NCBI GenBank assembly: GCA_000004695.1 | Contig: CM000151.3 | Span: 1,152,001-1,216,000 of the forward strand | DNA: 64,000 bases | Origin: Dictyostelium discoideum | Lineage: Eukaryota | Direction of reading: 5' to 3' | Shown here: positions 63,515-64,000 of the stretch, one piece after another | How positions within the stretch are numbered: position 1 is the first letter of the stretch | Layout of the letters: every line of letters starts with the position of its first letter | Notes under the pieces: generated by a model | What the model saw: the letters and a program-made list of their open reading frames with translations, nothing else | The model's database searches: none | Told to the model about the DNA's origin: nothing | Made by a program: the position numbers and the translations under genes

Positions 63515-64000
63515 TAAAAAAATGAAAAAAGCTTTTGATTTAATTTTTTTTTAATTTTAAAAAAATTAAATACCCTCTGAAAAATAAAAAAAAAAAAACC
63601 TCCTTAAAAAATTAAGTGCTTCTTAAAAAGATATACCCCAACAAAATCTCAATATTTGCTTTTTTTTTTTTTTTCTTTAGAAAATAATTTTAATTAAATA
63701 ATTTCTAAATTTTATCTTGATATATGAATTTCGCTTTTGACAAATCTTTAAAAAAGTAATTATAATAACTTTGATTTTATTCATTGACAAAAAAAAAAAA
63801 ATAAAAAAAATAATGATTTTTAGGCTATCCAAAGGTGGGAAATTATGAACAAAAAAAACTCTTTAATTTTAAAAATGGTCGGAACTGAAATATCTTGCAA
63901 TCATAGCAATTGAGATATTTTTATTTTTTTTTTTAATTTTTTTTTTTTTTTAATTTTTTTTTTTTTTTTTACCTGAAACCACACCTATTTAATCATGATT

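Overview
The window is AT-rich (about 75-80 % A+T overall, >85 % between genes) eukaryotic nuclear DNA with the hallmarks of Dictyostelium discoideum. These include poly-Asn/Gln/Thr tracts inside ORFs, (AAT)n, (CAA)n and (TA)n microsatellites, near-pure A/T intergenic DNA, and short AT-rich introns with GTAAGT/GTATGT donors and (T)nAG acceptors. It is not a prokaryotic locus: there are no operons, CRISPR arrays or phage-like modules. I read both strands by eye and reconstructed 21 protein-coding genes, most of them spliced, which the M-to-stop ORF track does not show. The track also reports non-ATG starts (TTG etc.) as 'M', so many of its 'M' positions are internal to exons. Hand-derived exon coordinates should be treated as accurate to about +/-2 nt.

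Genes I recognise by conserved motifs:
- a large SANT + triple-PHD-finger protein, 5'-truncated at the window edge
- an FNIP-repeat protein
- a secreted PA14/Cys-rich (Psi-like) protein
- a C2-domain protein
- a P2X ATP-gated channel of exactly 378 codons whose N-terminus (MGFSFDWDDIFQYSTVK) matches p2xA
- PIG-P
- an ELO fatty-acid elongase
- an AADAT/ARO8-type aminotransferase
- a DCN1-like PONY-domain protein
- mevalonate kinase
- an F-box + SH2 + ankyrin protein (FbxB-like)
- RNA polymerase III subunit RPC34/RPC6
- two paralogous B-box + FNIP-repeat proteins
- a sedolisin/TPP1 (S53) peptidase
- a signal-peptide-bearing CMP/dCMP-deaminase-fold protein
- a Nudix hydrolase with a zinc finger
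- a RED/IK spliceosomal protein
- a Pmp-repeat beta-helix multi-pass membrane protein
- a TRAF-type RING/zinc-finger/MATH protein

The most unusual part of the window is a roughly 9.5 kb gene-poor stretch (about 39.6-49.1 kb). It is filled with frameshifted gene remnants: an unidentified ORF cluster, a Cys-rich extracellular-type fragment and a 2OG-Fe(II) oxygenase pseudogene. It also holds two copies of a ~350 bp dispersed repeat that each end in (AAT)n, a near-perfect 80-bp palindrome, and several other direct repeats. I see no evidence of a novel defence-type 'system'. The honest highlights are the decayed repeat/pseudogene region, a ~400 bp pure (TA)n tract inside an intron, a GC-rich orphan ORF, a possible secreted deaminase, and a few candidate regulatory/ncRNA islands.
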